Assembly: GCA_902518715.1 (NCBI GenBank)
Contig: CABYHU010000002.1
Coordinates: forward strand, 129,821-193,820
From: an uncultured SAR86 cluster bacterium
GTDB lineage: Bacteria; Pseudomonadota; Gammaproteobacteria; Magnimaribacterales; D2472
Direction of reading: 5' to 3'
DNA length: 64,000 bases
The notes beneath the pieces are model-generated. The model saw only the letters and a list, made by a program, of their open reading frames with translations, had not been told where the DNA came from and did not search any database. The position numbers and the translations under genes are program-made. How positions within the stretch are numbered: position 1 is the stretch's first letter; each line of letters starts with the position of its first letter. Positions 21,419-29,572 of this stretch are shown here, one piece after another.

Positions 21419-22204
21419 CTAAAAATCTTCATACCCCTCATCATCTGGCAATCGACCTTCCCACTTGCCATCAACTTTCTTAAATTTAGGCAGAATAGAT
21501 TTGATCTCTGAAGACCCCTTGCTTTTATAAAAAGATATTAATTCATTTGTAGAATTAAAATCAAAGGTTTGCTCTAAATTCTTTGAAGTTGGTAAAATCA
21601 TCTTTATCTCACCATTCCAGGCTTTTTTAATTGCTTTCTTTGGAGAAATCCATAAACTATTTGTCAGCTCATTCCCATCATGAAGGGTTGGTTGATCTTT
21701 TGGCATTTCCGCAGCAAAGAATCTTGTATCAAATCTCTTTGTTTCAATATCTGGAGTAATCCAATGAGAGAAAGGAACAATATTAGTTGTTTCAAAAAAA
21801 AGGTCTTCTCTTTCACAAATCTCCAAAAAAGAAATCTTGTTAGAGATTAATCTTTCTCTATAGTCAACAAACCTATCCTTATCCTTGTTGTTTAAGTCAA
21901 TTTTTGATCCATCTTTTTTTCTTGCCAAAAGCACTCCAACTTCTTCAAAGCATTCTCTAATGCAAGCAACCCAAAAAGATGCACCACCATCTTCTATATC
22001 AAGTAATTTCGAACAATCTGCATCATTTAAATCAGAGTGGAAGCTAAGCTTGTCTGAAAAATTATCTTCGGAATCCACTTTGCCTCCCGGAAATACATAC
22101 AAGTCTCCAAATGCCGTATTGCTTGAACGCTCTACAAGTAAAACCTCCATTACATTATTGTTCTGTCTTAACAATAGAACTGTTGCTGCTGGAATTAAAC
22201 TCAT
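21419..22204 (-). CDS. NUDIX hydrolase
   Basis: Nudix-box elements PGGKVD ... IRECFEEVGV. Confidence 0.75.
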   Translation of the reverse strand: MSLIPAATVLLLRQNNNVMEVLLVERSSNTAFGDLYVFPGGKVDSEDNFSDKLSFHSDLNDADCSKLLDIEDGGASFWVACIRECFEEVGVLLARKKDGSKIDLNNKDKDRFVDYRERLISNKISFLEICEREDLFFETTNIVPFSHWITPDIETKRFDTRFFAAEMPKDQPTLHDGNELTNSLWISPKKAIKKAWNGEIKMILPTSKNLEQTFDFNSTNELISFYKSKGSSEIKSILPKFKKVDGKWEGRLPDDEGYEDF

Positions 22205-22245
22205 TATTTAAGAAAATTTTTTGTTTCTAGATTAGAATAGCCTCA

Positions 22246-23136
22246 ATGAACATTACTGACAATCTTAAAAAAGATATATCGAATGCCCCTGAGTGGTTTC
22301 AAAATGCAATTGTTTCAAAATCAGAAGTGAAAGTATTGGAAGCAGAGCTTGGCAATGTAAGTTATAAATGTTGGGGCAAGGGTACAAATGATAAAACTAT
22401 TGTATTAATCCATGGAACTGGTGCTTCTAAGAATTGGTGGGATCCAATAGCCCCATTTATTTCAGATGAATATAGAGTTATTGCGCCAGACTTACCAGGA
22501 ATGGGAGACTCTGATCATAGAGATGAGTATAGCTATGAAGTTTTTGGTGAAAGTATTTTATCGATTTTAGAACAAGAAAATATTACAAATAATGTTTTTC
22601 TTGTTGGGCACTCTCTTGGGGGTCATATAGCTGGTTTCGTGGCTACTGAGAAGCCATCAAAAATTTCTGGGATCATTATGATTGATACGCCTGTTAGACC
22701 TCCAGACTATGAGTATGATAAGCATGTTGGCTCTGGTCCACTTAGGTTGATCAAATACTATCCAGATAAGAAAACAATACTTGGGAGGTTTAGACTCATG
22801 CCTAAACAAGAGTGTGAAAATGATTGGTATTTAAGGTATGTTGCTGAGTATTCAGTAAAACAGACTGAAGAAGGTTGGAGATGGAAATTTGATGACAGTC
22901 TTTTCTATAAATTAGGAAGGCCCAAAGGATATGAATATATTTTTAAATGCCCTTCTCTCTTTATAGCTGGAGGAAAAAGCTTGCTCATGGGTTCAAAGAT
23001 TTTGGAGTATATGCAATCAACATTTAAAGAAAATATGGAATTCGTTTCAATTGACAATGCAGCCCATCACGTTCCTATAGATGCTCCAAAAGAGGTTATT
23101 AAAATAATAAAAGAAACTATAAGTAAATGGCTCTAA
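22246..23136 (+). CDS. Alpha/beta-fold hydrolase
   Basis: HGTG oxyanion region, nucleophile elbow GHSLGG and a C-terminal His (AAHHVP). Confidence 0.8.
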   Translation: MNITDNLKKDISNAPEWFQNAIVSKSEVKVLEAELGNVSYKCWGKGTNDKTIVLIHGTGASKNWWDPIAPFISDEYRVIAPDLPGMGDSDHRDEYSYEVFGESILSILEQENITNNVFLVGHSLGGHIAGFVATEKPSKISGIIMIDTPVRPPDYEYDKHVGSGPLRLIKYYPDKKTILGRFRLMPKQECENDWYLRYVAEYSVKQTEEGWRWKFDDSLFYKLGRPKGYEYIFKCPSLFIAGGKSLLMGSKILEYMQSTFKENMEFVSIDNAAHHVPIDAPKEVIKIIKETISKWL

Positions 23137-24524
23137 ATTATTTCTTTACAATACTTTTTTTAGCTTTAGGTCTATCAGCGCTGCTTTTTGGTAGAGCTAT
23201 GTTTAGCTTCTTTTTAAAGATAGCTAATGATGATGAGCTTTCTAAAAGAGTTGGTCTTGCAATAGGCATTCCAGGCTTAGCATTACTAATTTTTATTCTC
23301 AATATCGAAAATTGGTATTTCAGGGTTTGGAGTATAGTTTCCTTTTTATTTGGATTAGGTTTCTTCCTGAGAGGATTATTTTTCATGTTTTTTAGGAATT
23401 TTTTAGTGAGCGCTCTGGAAAAGATGATAAGTATGGGAAAAATAGTTAGTGTGTTTGCTTTTTTGATTATGCTTTGTCTTTCAGTTCTTACAGTAAGTAG
23501 AGATTATGTTGGGCCAATAGAAGATATTTCAGATTGCTCAAATGGATCAAGGTTGGAGGTTTACTGTGTGCTCTCAAATCCTGAAGATATTTTAAAAACG
23601 CCGGATGAGAAATACTTTATTGTTAGCGAGTTTGGTGGAATAAAGCCTTATGAGGAACCTAAAGAAGGAAACCTTGCTCTCTTTAATTTAAGTACAAAAA
23701 TGAGGGAAGACTTGGATATTAGATTAGGTTCAAATGTTTGGGGTGACCCGAAGTGTCAAAGAGATGACTTACGTTTTGGACCTCATGGCATTGATCTTAA
23801 TAAAAGATATGATGGCAGTTACCAGCTTGCTGTAGTTAATCACTATCCGCAGGAGTCGGTAGAGTTCTTCGAGTTAGTTTTTGAAGAAAACTGGTCTTTG
23901 GTTTGGAGAGGGTGTGTTTCTGTACCTGAAAAATATTATATAAATGATATTACGGTCGAAAGCAGTGGTTCATTCTTCACTACGCATATGTATCCAAGAA
24001 ATATTTCTATGAATGAGTGGCTTAGTGCAGCTATTTTTAAATACCCTACAGGTGTGGTTTTATTTTGGAACAAATTTAAGTTTGAAGAACTTTCTTTTAC
24101 AAATGCTGGTCAACCTAATGGAATAGCTAAAAAGGATAATATTCTTTATGTTGCAAATAATTTAAGTGACACTGTAAAAGCATATGATCTGATCAAAAAA
24201 GAGGAAGTTTTTAGTTATAGTATCAACAGCCCTGATAATTTGGTTATTGATGATAATTCAATTTGGGTAACAAGCTTGGATCATGAAACCCTTGACGTTA
24301 CAGCTAAATGTCCAGGATATACTTTAAAAGGTATCGAAGAAGATCATATGGTCTGCTCACTACCATTTAAGGTTATTGAACTTAGCGCCAAAGACCTTAC
24401 CCCAATAAATATTTTTACTTTTAGCAAAAATAAGGCGGCATTTCCTACAGTTGCTCTGCCTGATGGAGACTCTGTTTGGGTCGGCTCATTCTCGCTTGAT
24501 AGATTAGTTAGTTTCAAAAATTAA
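23127..24524 (+). CDS. Membrane-anchored six-bladed beta-propeller protein, paraoxonase/arylesterase (PON)-like
   Basis: The N-terminal ~120 aa form about four TM helices. The C-terminal ~340 aa carry blocks that, from memory, parallel mammalian PON1: NPEDI, FGPHGIDL ... LAVVNH ... VEFFEL, NDITV ... FFTTH, QPNGIA ... LYVAN, PDNLVID ... IWV. No alignment was computed. Confidence 0.6.
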   Translation: MALNYFFTILFLALGLSALLFGRAMFSFFLKIANDDELSKRVGLAIGIPGLALLIFILNIENWYFRVWSIVSFLFGLGFFLRGLFFMFFRNFLVSALEKMISMGKIVSVFAFLIMLCLSVLTVSRDYVGPIEDISDCSNGSRLEVYCVLSNPEDILKTPDEKYFIVSEFGGIKPYEEPKEGNLALFNLSTKMREDLDIRLGSNVWGDPKCQRDDLRFGPHGIDLNKRYDGSYQLAVVNHYPQESVEFFELVFEENWSLVWRGCVSVPEKYYINDITVESSGSFFTTHMYPRNISMNEWLSAAIFKYPTGVVLFWNKFKFEELSFTNAGQPNGIAKKDNILYVANNLSDTVKAYDLIKKEEVFSYSINSPDNLVIDDNSIWVTSLDHETLDVTAKCPGYTLKGIEEDHMVCSLPFKVIELSAKDLTPINIFTFSKNKAAFPTVALPDGDSVWVGSFSLDRLVSFKN

Positions 24525-24526
24525 TT

Positions 24527-25348
24527 ATGCGAGATTTTTGCCTGGACAATTTAGATGTCCCCCTAGATCAAGGTATTTTAGATACTCATAAAGGAAGCTT
24601 TGGTCATCTTTTGATAGCCAGTGGTGATACTGGTTATGGTGGTGCAGGCATAATTGCATCTGAATCTGCCATCATGTCAGGTTGTGGTCTTGTAACTTTA
24701 ATTACAAAAAAAGAGCATATTCAATCTTCTTTATCAAGAAATCCTGAGGTCATAGCTATAGGTGTTGATGGTCGTCAAGATGCAGAAACCTTTTTAAAAG
24801 ATCAAAAAAATCTCTTAATTGGTCCAGGCTTAAGGGAGTCAGTATGGTCTCAACAGCTTTGTGAGCTTTTTCTTACTAGCGCTGAAAGAAATGAAGATAT
24901 TAATATTGTCATTGATGCTGGTGGGCTCTATTACATGAAAGAGTTTGGCTGTCCTTCAAATGCAATTATTACTCCACACCCTGGAGAGGCTGCTATGTTG
25001 CTCGATTGTTCAGTTGAGGAGTTACAAAAAAATAGATTAGAAGCTGCTAAAGAGCTTTATAAAAGATATAACTGTTTGATTATTTTAAAAGGTTATCAAA
25101 CTATAATATTTGATGGAGAAGCATATCAATGCACTGATGGAGGTCCTGCCCTTTCAACTGCGGGAACAGGAGATGTTCTTGCTGGCCTAATTGGATCTTT
25201 TTTGGCACAAGGCCTAAGCAAGATAGATGCAGCTAAATTCTCCGTTGCTATTCATGGTGCAGCAGGAGATAAATTTTCTAAAAACAAAGGGGTAAGAGGA
25301 TTGACTGCAACTAAACTGATTAAAATTATAAATGAGGAAATGTTATGA
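24527..25348 (+). CDS. nnrD: ADP-dependent NAD(P)H-hydrate dehydratase (stand-alone YjeF C-terminal domain; no epimerase domain)
   Basis: YjeF_C motifs HKGSFG and AGTGDVLAG. It sits upstream of tsaE-amiB as in the E. coli yjeF-yjeE-amiB arrangement. At only 273 aa, the N-terminal NnrE domain is absent. Confidence 0.85.
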   Translation: MRDFCLDNLDVPLDQGILDTHKGSFGHLLIASGDTGYGGAGIIASESAIMSGCGLVTLITKKEHIQSSLSRNPEVIAIGVDGRQDAETFLKDQKNLLIGPGLRESVWSQQLCELFLTSAERNEDINIVIDAGGLYYMKEFGCPSNAIITPHPGEAAMLLDCSVEELQKNRLEAAKELYKRYNCLIILKGYQTIIFDGEAYQCTDGGPALSTAGTGDVLAGLIGSFLAQGLSKIDAAKFSVAIHGAAGDKFSKNKGVRGLTATKLIKIINEEML

Positions 25349-25779
25349 AAATCTTTTTGAAAGATCCAGATGCAACTGCTCATTTTGGGATCGAGATTTC
25401 AAAACTTATTTCAGACTCAAAAAATAAAGTTATTGAACTTCATTTAGTAGGAGAGCTTGGAGCTGGTAAAACATTTCTTACTAAATCAATTTTAAACTCC
25501 CTAGGCTGGCATGGAATCGTAAAAAGCCCAACTTATACCTTATGTGATGAATATGAGACTGAGGACATTTTGTTTTTACATGTTGATTTATATAGGCTCG
25601 CTGATGTCTCTGAGATACAAATTTTGGATCTCGATAGGCCATCGGAAAAAGTTAAAGTTATCATCATTGAATGGCCAGAAATCATTGGTGACTCAAGAAC
25701 CTTTGATTTGAAAGTTAGCTTGAGCTATAAAGATAAAGGAAGAGAAGCTTTACTAGAAAATAAATTAATAAATAGATGA
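25345..25779 (+). CDS. tsaE: tRNA t6A37 biosynthesis ATPase TsaE
   Basis: P-loop GELGAGKT and SPTYTL motifs. 144 aa. The start overlaps the upstream stop (ATGA). Confidence 0.9.
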   Translation: MKIFLKDPDATAHFGIEISKLISDSKNKVIELHLVGELGAGKTFLTKSILNSLGWHGIVKSPTYTLCDEYETEDILFLHVDLYRLADVSEIQILDLDRPSEKVKVIIIEWPEIIGDSRTFDLKVSLSYKDKGREALLENKLINR

Positions 25780-27026
25780 AAAGAAACTTAATTGCAGTCT
25801 TAATTTTTTCATTCCATCAGGTAGTTTTTTCTAATCAATTAGACTTTGTGGGAGTTGGTGAAAAAAATAAATCTTATAATCTAGAATTTTCATTGGAAAA
25901 AACTGCTCTAATAGTTGCTCAATCTTCTAACTCTCCTTACAGCATCACACTAGAGTTTAAGGAAACTTATCTGAAAGAAAATTTTGATCTAAAGTTATGG
26001 CAAAACTACCCAATTAAAAATATTGAATCATCTACATCAGAAAATAATTCAATAATTGAAATATTTTTCCATAAGCCTGTCACATGGCAAAAACCGCAAC
26101 AAATTAAAACAGAAGATGGTATTAAGGTCTTGCTATCCCTGGATCATGAAAAAGAGATTAAAAAAATGACTAGAGAGGCAATTGTGATGATTGATGCTGG
26201 CCATGGCGGGAGAGATCCTGGAGCAATCGCAAAATCTCATAATGTGATAGAGAAAGATATAACCCTATTAATTGCCAATGAATTATTTAGAACACTTGAG
26301 GATACTGATGGATATAAACCAGTTCTGGTAAGGGAAGATGATTCATTTATTTATTTAGATCAAAGGTATCAAAAAGCGAGGCAAAATAGTGGAGATATTT
26401 TTGTTTCAATCCATGCAGATGCTTTTAGTCTTCCTTCTGTTAAAGGCGCCGCTGTATACATTTGGTCTGACGAAGCTTCCAGTAATTCGGCAAAAAGTCT
26501 TTCTTCTAAAAAAGTAAGCTCTGTTCGAGTTGATGAGTTTGATTTTGATGAAGATTTAGCAAGATCGAAATATCCTGAGATATATGAAAAGAAAAAGGGT
26601 AAAAGTCTTCAACTTGGTAAAAAAATATTAGATCAGCTCAAACGAGATCCCTATACACATCTTCATAAAAAAAGAGTTGAATACGCAGACTTCAGGGTTC
26701 TAAAGTCTTTAGATGTACCCTCAGTTCTAATTGAGTCTGGCTTCATATCTAATTCGGAAGATGCCGAAAGGCTTAAAGGAAAGCCTGGAAGAAGAATGAT
26801 TGCCAGATCGCTTTTTCTGGGTATAAATAATTATTTTAAGGAAAATCTTGAAGACGATTTTTTTATTTATGATGCTGAGGGGTACTTAACCTATACAGTC
26901 CAAAGAGGTGATGTTTTGTCAGAAATTGCCATTCGTTTTGGAGTGCCTGTTATGGACATAATAAATACTAATTTGATAAGAGATGAAGCTATCTTTCCTG
27001 GGCAACGAATTAAGATTAAGATTTAA
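25776..27026 (+). CDS. amiB: N-acetylmuramoyl-L-alanine amidase (AmiB/AmiC type) with C-terminal LysM
   Basis: Amidase_3 motifs DAGHGGRDPGA, SIHAD and ESGFISN. C-terminal LysM (YTVQRGDVLSEIAIRFGV). Synteny with nnrD-tsaE. Confidence 0.85.
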   Translation: MKRNLIAVLIFSFHQVVFSNQLDFVGVGEKNKSYNLEFSLEKTALIVAQSSNSPYSITLEFKETYLKENFDLKLWQNYPIKNIESSTSENNSIIEIFFHKPVTWQKPQQIKTEDGIKVLLSLDHEKEIKKMTREAIVMIDAGHGGRDPGAIAKSHNVIEKDITLLIANELFRTLEDTDGYKPVLVREDDSFIYLDQRYQKARQNSGDIFVSIHADAFSLPSVKGAAVYIWSDEASSNSAKSLSSKKVSSVRVDEFDFDEDLARSKYPEIYEKKKGKSLQLGKKILDQLKRDPYTHLHKKRVEYADFRVLKSLDVPSVLIESGFISNSEDAERLKGKPGRRMIARSLFLGINNYFKENLEDDFFIYDAEGYLTYTVQRGDVLSEIAIRFGVPVMDIINTNLIRDEAIFPGQRIKIKI

Positions 27027-27027
27027 C

Positions 27028-28995
27028 CTATTGATAATCGATTGGATTAAAATCCACTGACCATCTCACCTTGAGTCTTTTTTGTTTTTCTATGTATCCT
27101 TCGACTAGATTTTTAGTATTTTTATGAAGTGTTGGCAATGTTTTTGCTTTAAGCAAGAGAGAGTGTCTAAAATTGCCTCTTACTTTTGAGATAATATCTG
27201 GAAGCGGTCCAATACATTCACAATTTGCTTCTTTTTCTAAATACTTACGAGCCTTATTTAAGAAATTAACATTACTGGTTTTATTTGGTGATGATGCTCG
27301 CAAGATTGCAACAGATGAAAATGGCGGAAGGTTTGCTGCTTCATATTCTTTAAGCAAATGTTTAGAAAACTCTAAGTAGTCTCCGCTACTTAAGATATTT
27401 AAATATTCATTATCTAAAAGATTAGATTGGACTATTATTTTAGACTTTCCTGATCTACCAACCCTTCCGGTGACTTGAATTAAAAGTTGCGAGAGTTTCT
27501 CAACTGCATTTACTTCATGGCTTACTAGGCCTAAATCTGCATCTATAACAATTCCTAGCTCTACGTCAGAAAAATCATGACCTTTAGCAATCATTTGGGT
27601 ACCAATTAAGAAAGCTTTTTTTGTATCGCTAATTTCTGATAATAATCTTTCTAGAGAACCTTTTTTTCTTGTTGAGTCTAGATCAAGCCTTACCATTGGT
27701 ACTCTTGGAAACTCTTCATTCAAAAAGGATTCTATTTTTTGAGTTCCTACACCCTCTGAAGTAAGTTTGGTGCTCTCACATTCCGGACAGCTATGCGGTA
27801 CTCCAAAGGATGTATCACATCTGTGACATCTTAGTCTGGCACTATCTTTATGATATACAAGACGTGAGTTACATGAATTACACATAGCGGTCCAATTACA
27901 ATCTGTGCACTTGAATACAGGTGAGTACCCTCTTCTATTTATAAATATCAATACCTTCTTATCTTTTGAAATTGTTTTATCAATTAAAGATAGTAAGTTG
28001 GTATCTATTCCTGCTTTTCTATCTAAAAAGTGAGAATTTAATATTGAGAACTTAGGAGGGTTTTTGTCATTGACTCTTTTTGGCATAGAGATAAATTTAT
28101 ATTTACCTTTATCGACTAAATGCAGCATCTTCAGCGAGGGAGTAGCTGATGCAAGAATAATCGGGATTTTTCTATCCTGCGCCATTTTAATAGCAACATC
28201 TTTAGCAGAAAACTTTAAGCCCTCCTGCTGCTTAAAAGATGCATCATGTTCCTCATCAATAATTATCAAAGAAAGTTTTTGGAGTGGGACAAAAAGCGAG
28301 GATCGTGTTCCTATTAAAACTCTTAGTTCTCCAGACTTAGACTTTTTCCATGTTTCAAATCTCTCTTTAGAGGTTTTCTTTGAATGATATGTACCAATAT
28401 TTTCTCCAAACCTTTTTTTAAATCTCTGCTCTAATTGAGGCGTTAGACTTATCTCAGGAATTAATAATAAGCATGACCCACCTTTCTTTAGTGCCTCTTC
28501 TACTAGTCTCATATAAACTTCAGTTTTTCCAGAGCTTGTGACCCCATGGAATACACACGGATCAAAACTTTCTAATTTACTTAAAAATTTAAATGCTCTC
28601 TGTTGGTAAGAAGTAAGAGGAAATCTTTTGTCATCATCATTTGCTTTATACTCATTGAATTTAGTTTCAGGACCCTCGTAATAAAAATCTTTTCTTAACT
28701 TTGGAGGTAAAAAATTAGAAAAAACTTCACCTCGTGAATGAATATAAAAATCTGAGACCCAATTAAGGGTTTTTAACGCCAAACTATCAAAAACTGGTTT
28801 TTCATCTAACAATTCTTCAATTTTTGTAGTTTTGAAAGCCGGTTTCGATGTTTGTTTGCAGACTACACCAACTACCTTCCTCTTATTGAATGAAACCTTT
28901 ACCCTCGATCCAGCCTGAATCTTTTCTTCACTAAAATACGTAAAATCTTTTCTTACAGGAACTGGTATTGAAACTGAATAGTAAAATTTTTCCAT
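27028..28995 (-). CDS. priA: Primosomal protein N' (replication restart helicase)
   Basis: Walker A GVTSSGKTEVY, DEAH-type box IIIDEEHD and the Cys-rich zinc insertion CTDC...CNSC...CHRC...CPEC. Confidence 0.93.
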   Translation of the reverse strand: MEKFYYSVSIPVPVRKDFTYFSEEKIQAGSRVKVSFNKRKVVGVVCKQTSKPAFKTTKIEELLDEKPVFDSLALKTLNWVSDFYIHSRGEVFSNFLPPKLRKDFYYEGPETKFNEYKANDDDKRFPLTSYQQRAFKFLSKLESFDPCVFHGVTSSGKTEVYMRLVEEALKKGGSCLLLIPEISLTPQLEQRFKKRFGENIGTYHSKKTSKERFETWKKSKSGELRVLIGTRSSLFVPLQKLSLIIIDEEHDASFKQQEGLKFSAKDVAIKMAQDRKIPIILASATPSLKMLHLVDKGKYKFISMPKRVNDKNPPKFSILNSHFLDRKAGIDTNLLSLIDKTISKDKKVLIFINRRGYSPVFKCTDCNWTAMCNSCNSRLVYHKDSARLRCHRCDTSFGVPHSCPECESTKLTSEGVGTQKIESFLNEEFPRVPMVRLDLDSTRKKGSLERLLSEISDTKKAFLIGTQMIAKGHDFSDVELGIVIDADLGLVSHEVNAVEKLSQLLIQVTGRVGRSGKSKIIVQSNLLDNEYLNILSSGDYLEFSKHLLKEYEAANLPPFSSVAILRASSPNKTSNVNFLNKARKYLEKEANCECIGPLPDIISKVRGNFRHSLLLKAKTLPTLHKNTKNLVEGYIEKQKRLKVRWSVDFNPIDYQ

Positions 28996-29001
28996 AATTT
29001 A

Positions 29002-29029
29002 TTGTAAAGATTTCCTTATTTGGTATAGT
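29002..29029 (+). promoter_or_regulatory. Sigma70-type promoter for the rpmE2-rpmB operon (extended -10)
   Basis: TTGTAA (29002-29007), a 16-nt spacer, then TGgTATAGT (-10 hexamer 29024-29029). The predicted TSS is near 29036, upstream of both the uORF and rpmE2. This is sequence-only in an AT-rich context. Confidence 0.45.
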
Positions 29030-29054
29030 TCTCAGCCTAAATTAAGATTTTATT

Positions 29055-29087
29055 ATGAAAAAGGGCGTACACCCTAATTTGGTTTAA
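29055..29087 (+). other. 10-codon upstream ORF ([10 protein letters not shown]) created by duplication of the L31 start region
   Basis: ATTATGAAAAAGGGCGTACACCCT is repeated 35 nt downstream as ATTATGAAAAAAGGCATACATCCT, with three transition differences. The uORF stop TAA (29085-29087) ends 2 nt before the rpmE2 ATG. Confidence 0.4.
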
Positions 29088-29089
29088 TT

Positions 29090-29338
29090 ATGAAAAAAGG
29101 CATACATCCTGAATACCGTGAAGTTCTTTTCCACGATATTAGTGTGGATGAGTATTTTTTAATTAGCTCAACCCTAAAAACGGATAAAACTAAAGAATGG
29201 GAAGATGGAAAGACATATCCATACTATCCTTTGGATGTATCTTCTGCATCGCATCCTTTTTATACAGGTAAACAAAAAATTCTTGACACTGGTGGAAGAG
29301 TCCAGAAATTTGAAAAAAGATTTGGTAAGAAATCATGA
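29090..29338 (+). CDS. rpmE2: 50S ribosomal protein L31, type B (Zn-independent, no CxxC motifs)
   Basis: [22 protein letters not shown] ... YPY ... [12 protein letters not shown] closely follows the YkgM/L31B pattern as I remember it. The protein has no Cys at all. It is divergent from priA, like canonical rpmE. Confidence 0.9.
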   Translation: MKKGIHPEYREVLFHDISVDEYFLISSTLKTDKTKEWEDGKTYPYYPLDVSSASHPFYTGKQKILDTGGRVQKFEKRFGKKS

Positions 29339-29571
29339 GCAAAGTTTGTCAAGTAACTGGTAAGTCACCTCAAGCTGGTAATCATGTTTCTCATGCAAAA
29401 AACAGAGTGAAGCGAAAGTTTTTTCCGAACCTTCATAGTCATAAATTTTGGGTGGAATCTGAAAATCGTTTTGTTACTCTCAAAGTGTCTGCAAAAGGCA
29501 TGAGAGTTATTGATAAAAAAGGTATCGAAGAAGTCTTAAAAGATATTAGATCTCGCGGTATTAAAGTCTAA
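29335..29571 (+). CDS. rpmB: 50S ribosomal protein L28
   Basis: [10 protein letters not shown] ... [36 protein letters not shown] is near-colinear with E. coli L28. The start overlaps the rpmE2 stop (ATGA). Confidence 0.95.
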   Translation: MSKVCQVTGKSPQAGNHVSHAKNRVKRKFFPNLHSHKFWVESENRFVTLKVSAKGMRVIDKKGIEEVLKDIRSRGIKV

Positions 29572-29572
29572 A

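Noticed and set aside
28996-29089. Zur box upstream of the type-B L31 gene
   Set aside because: I saw no AT-rich palindrome resembling the gammaproteobacterial Zur operator, only a sigma70-like promoter and the duplicated start region. A PWM scan would still be needed.
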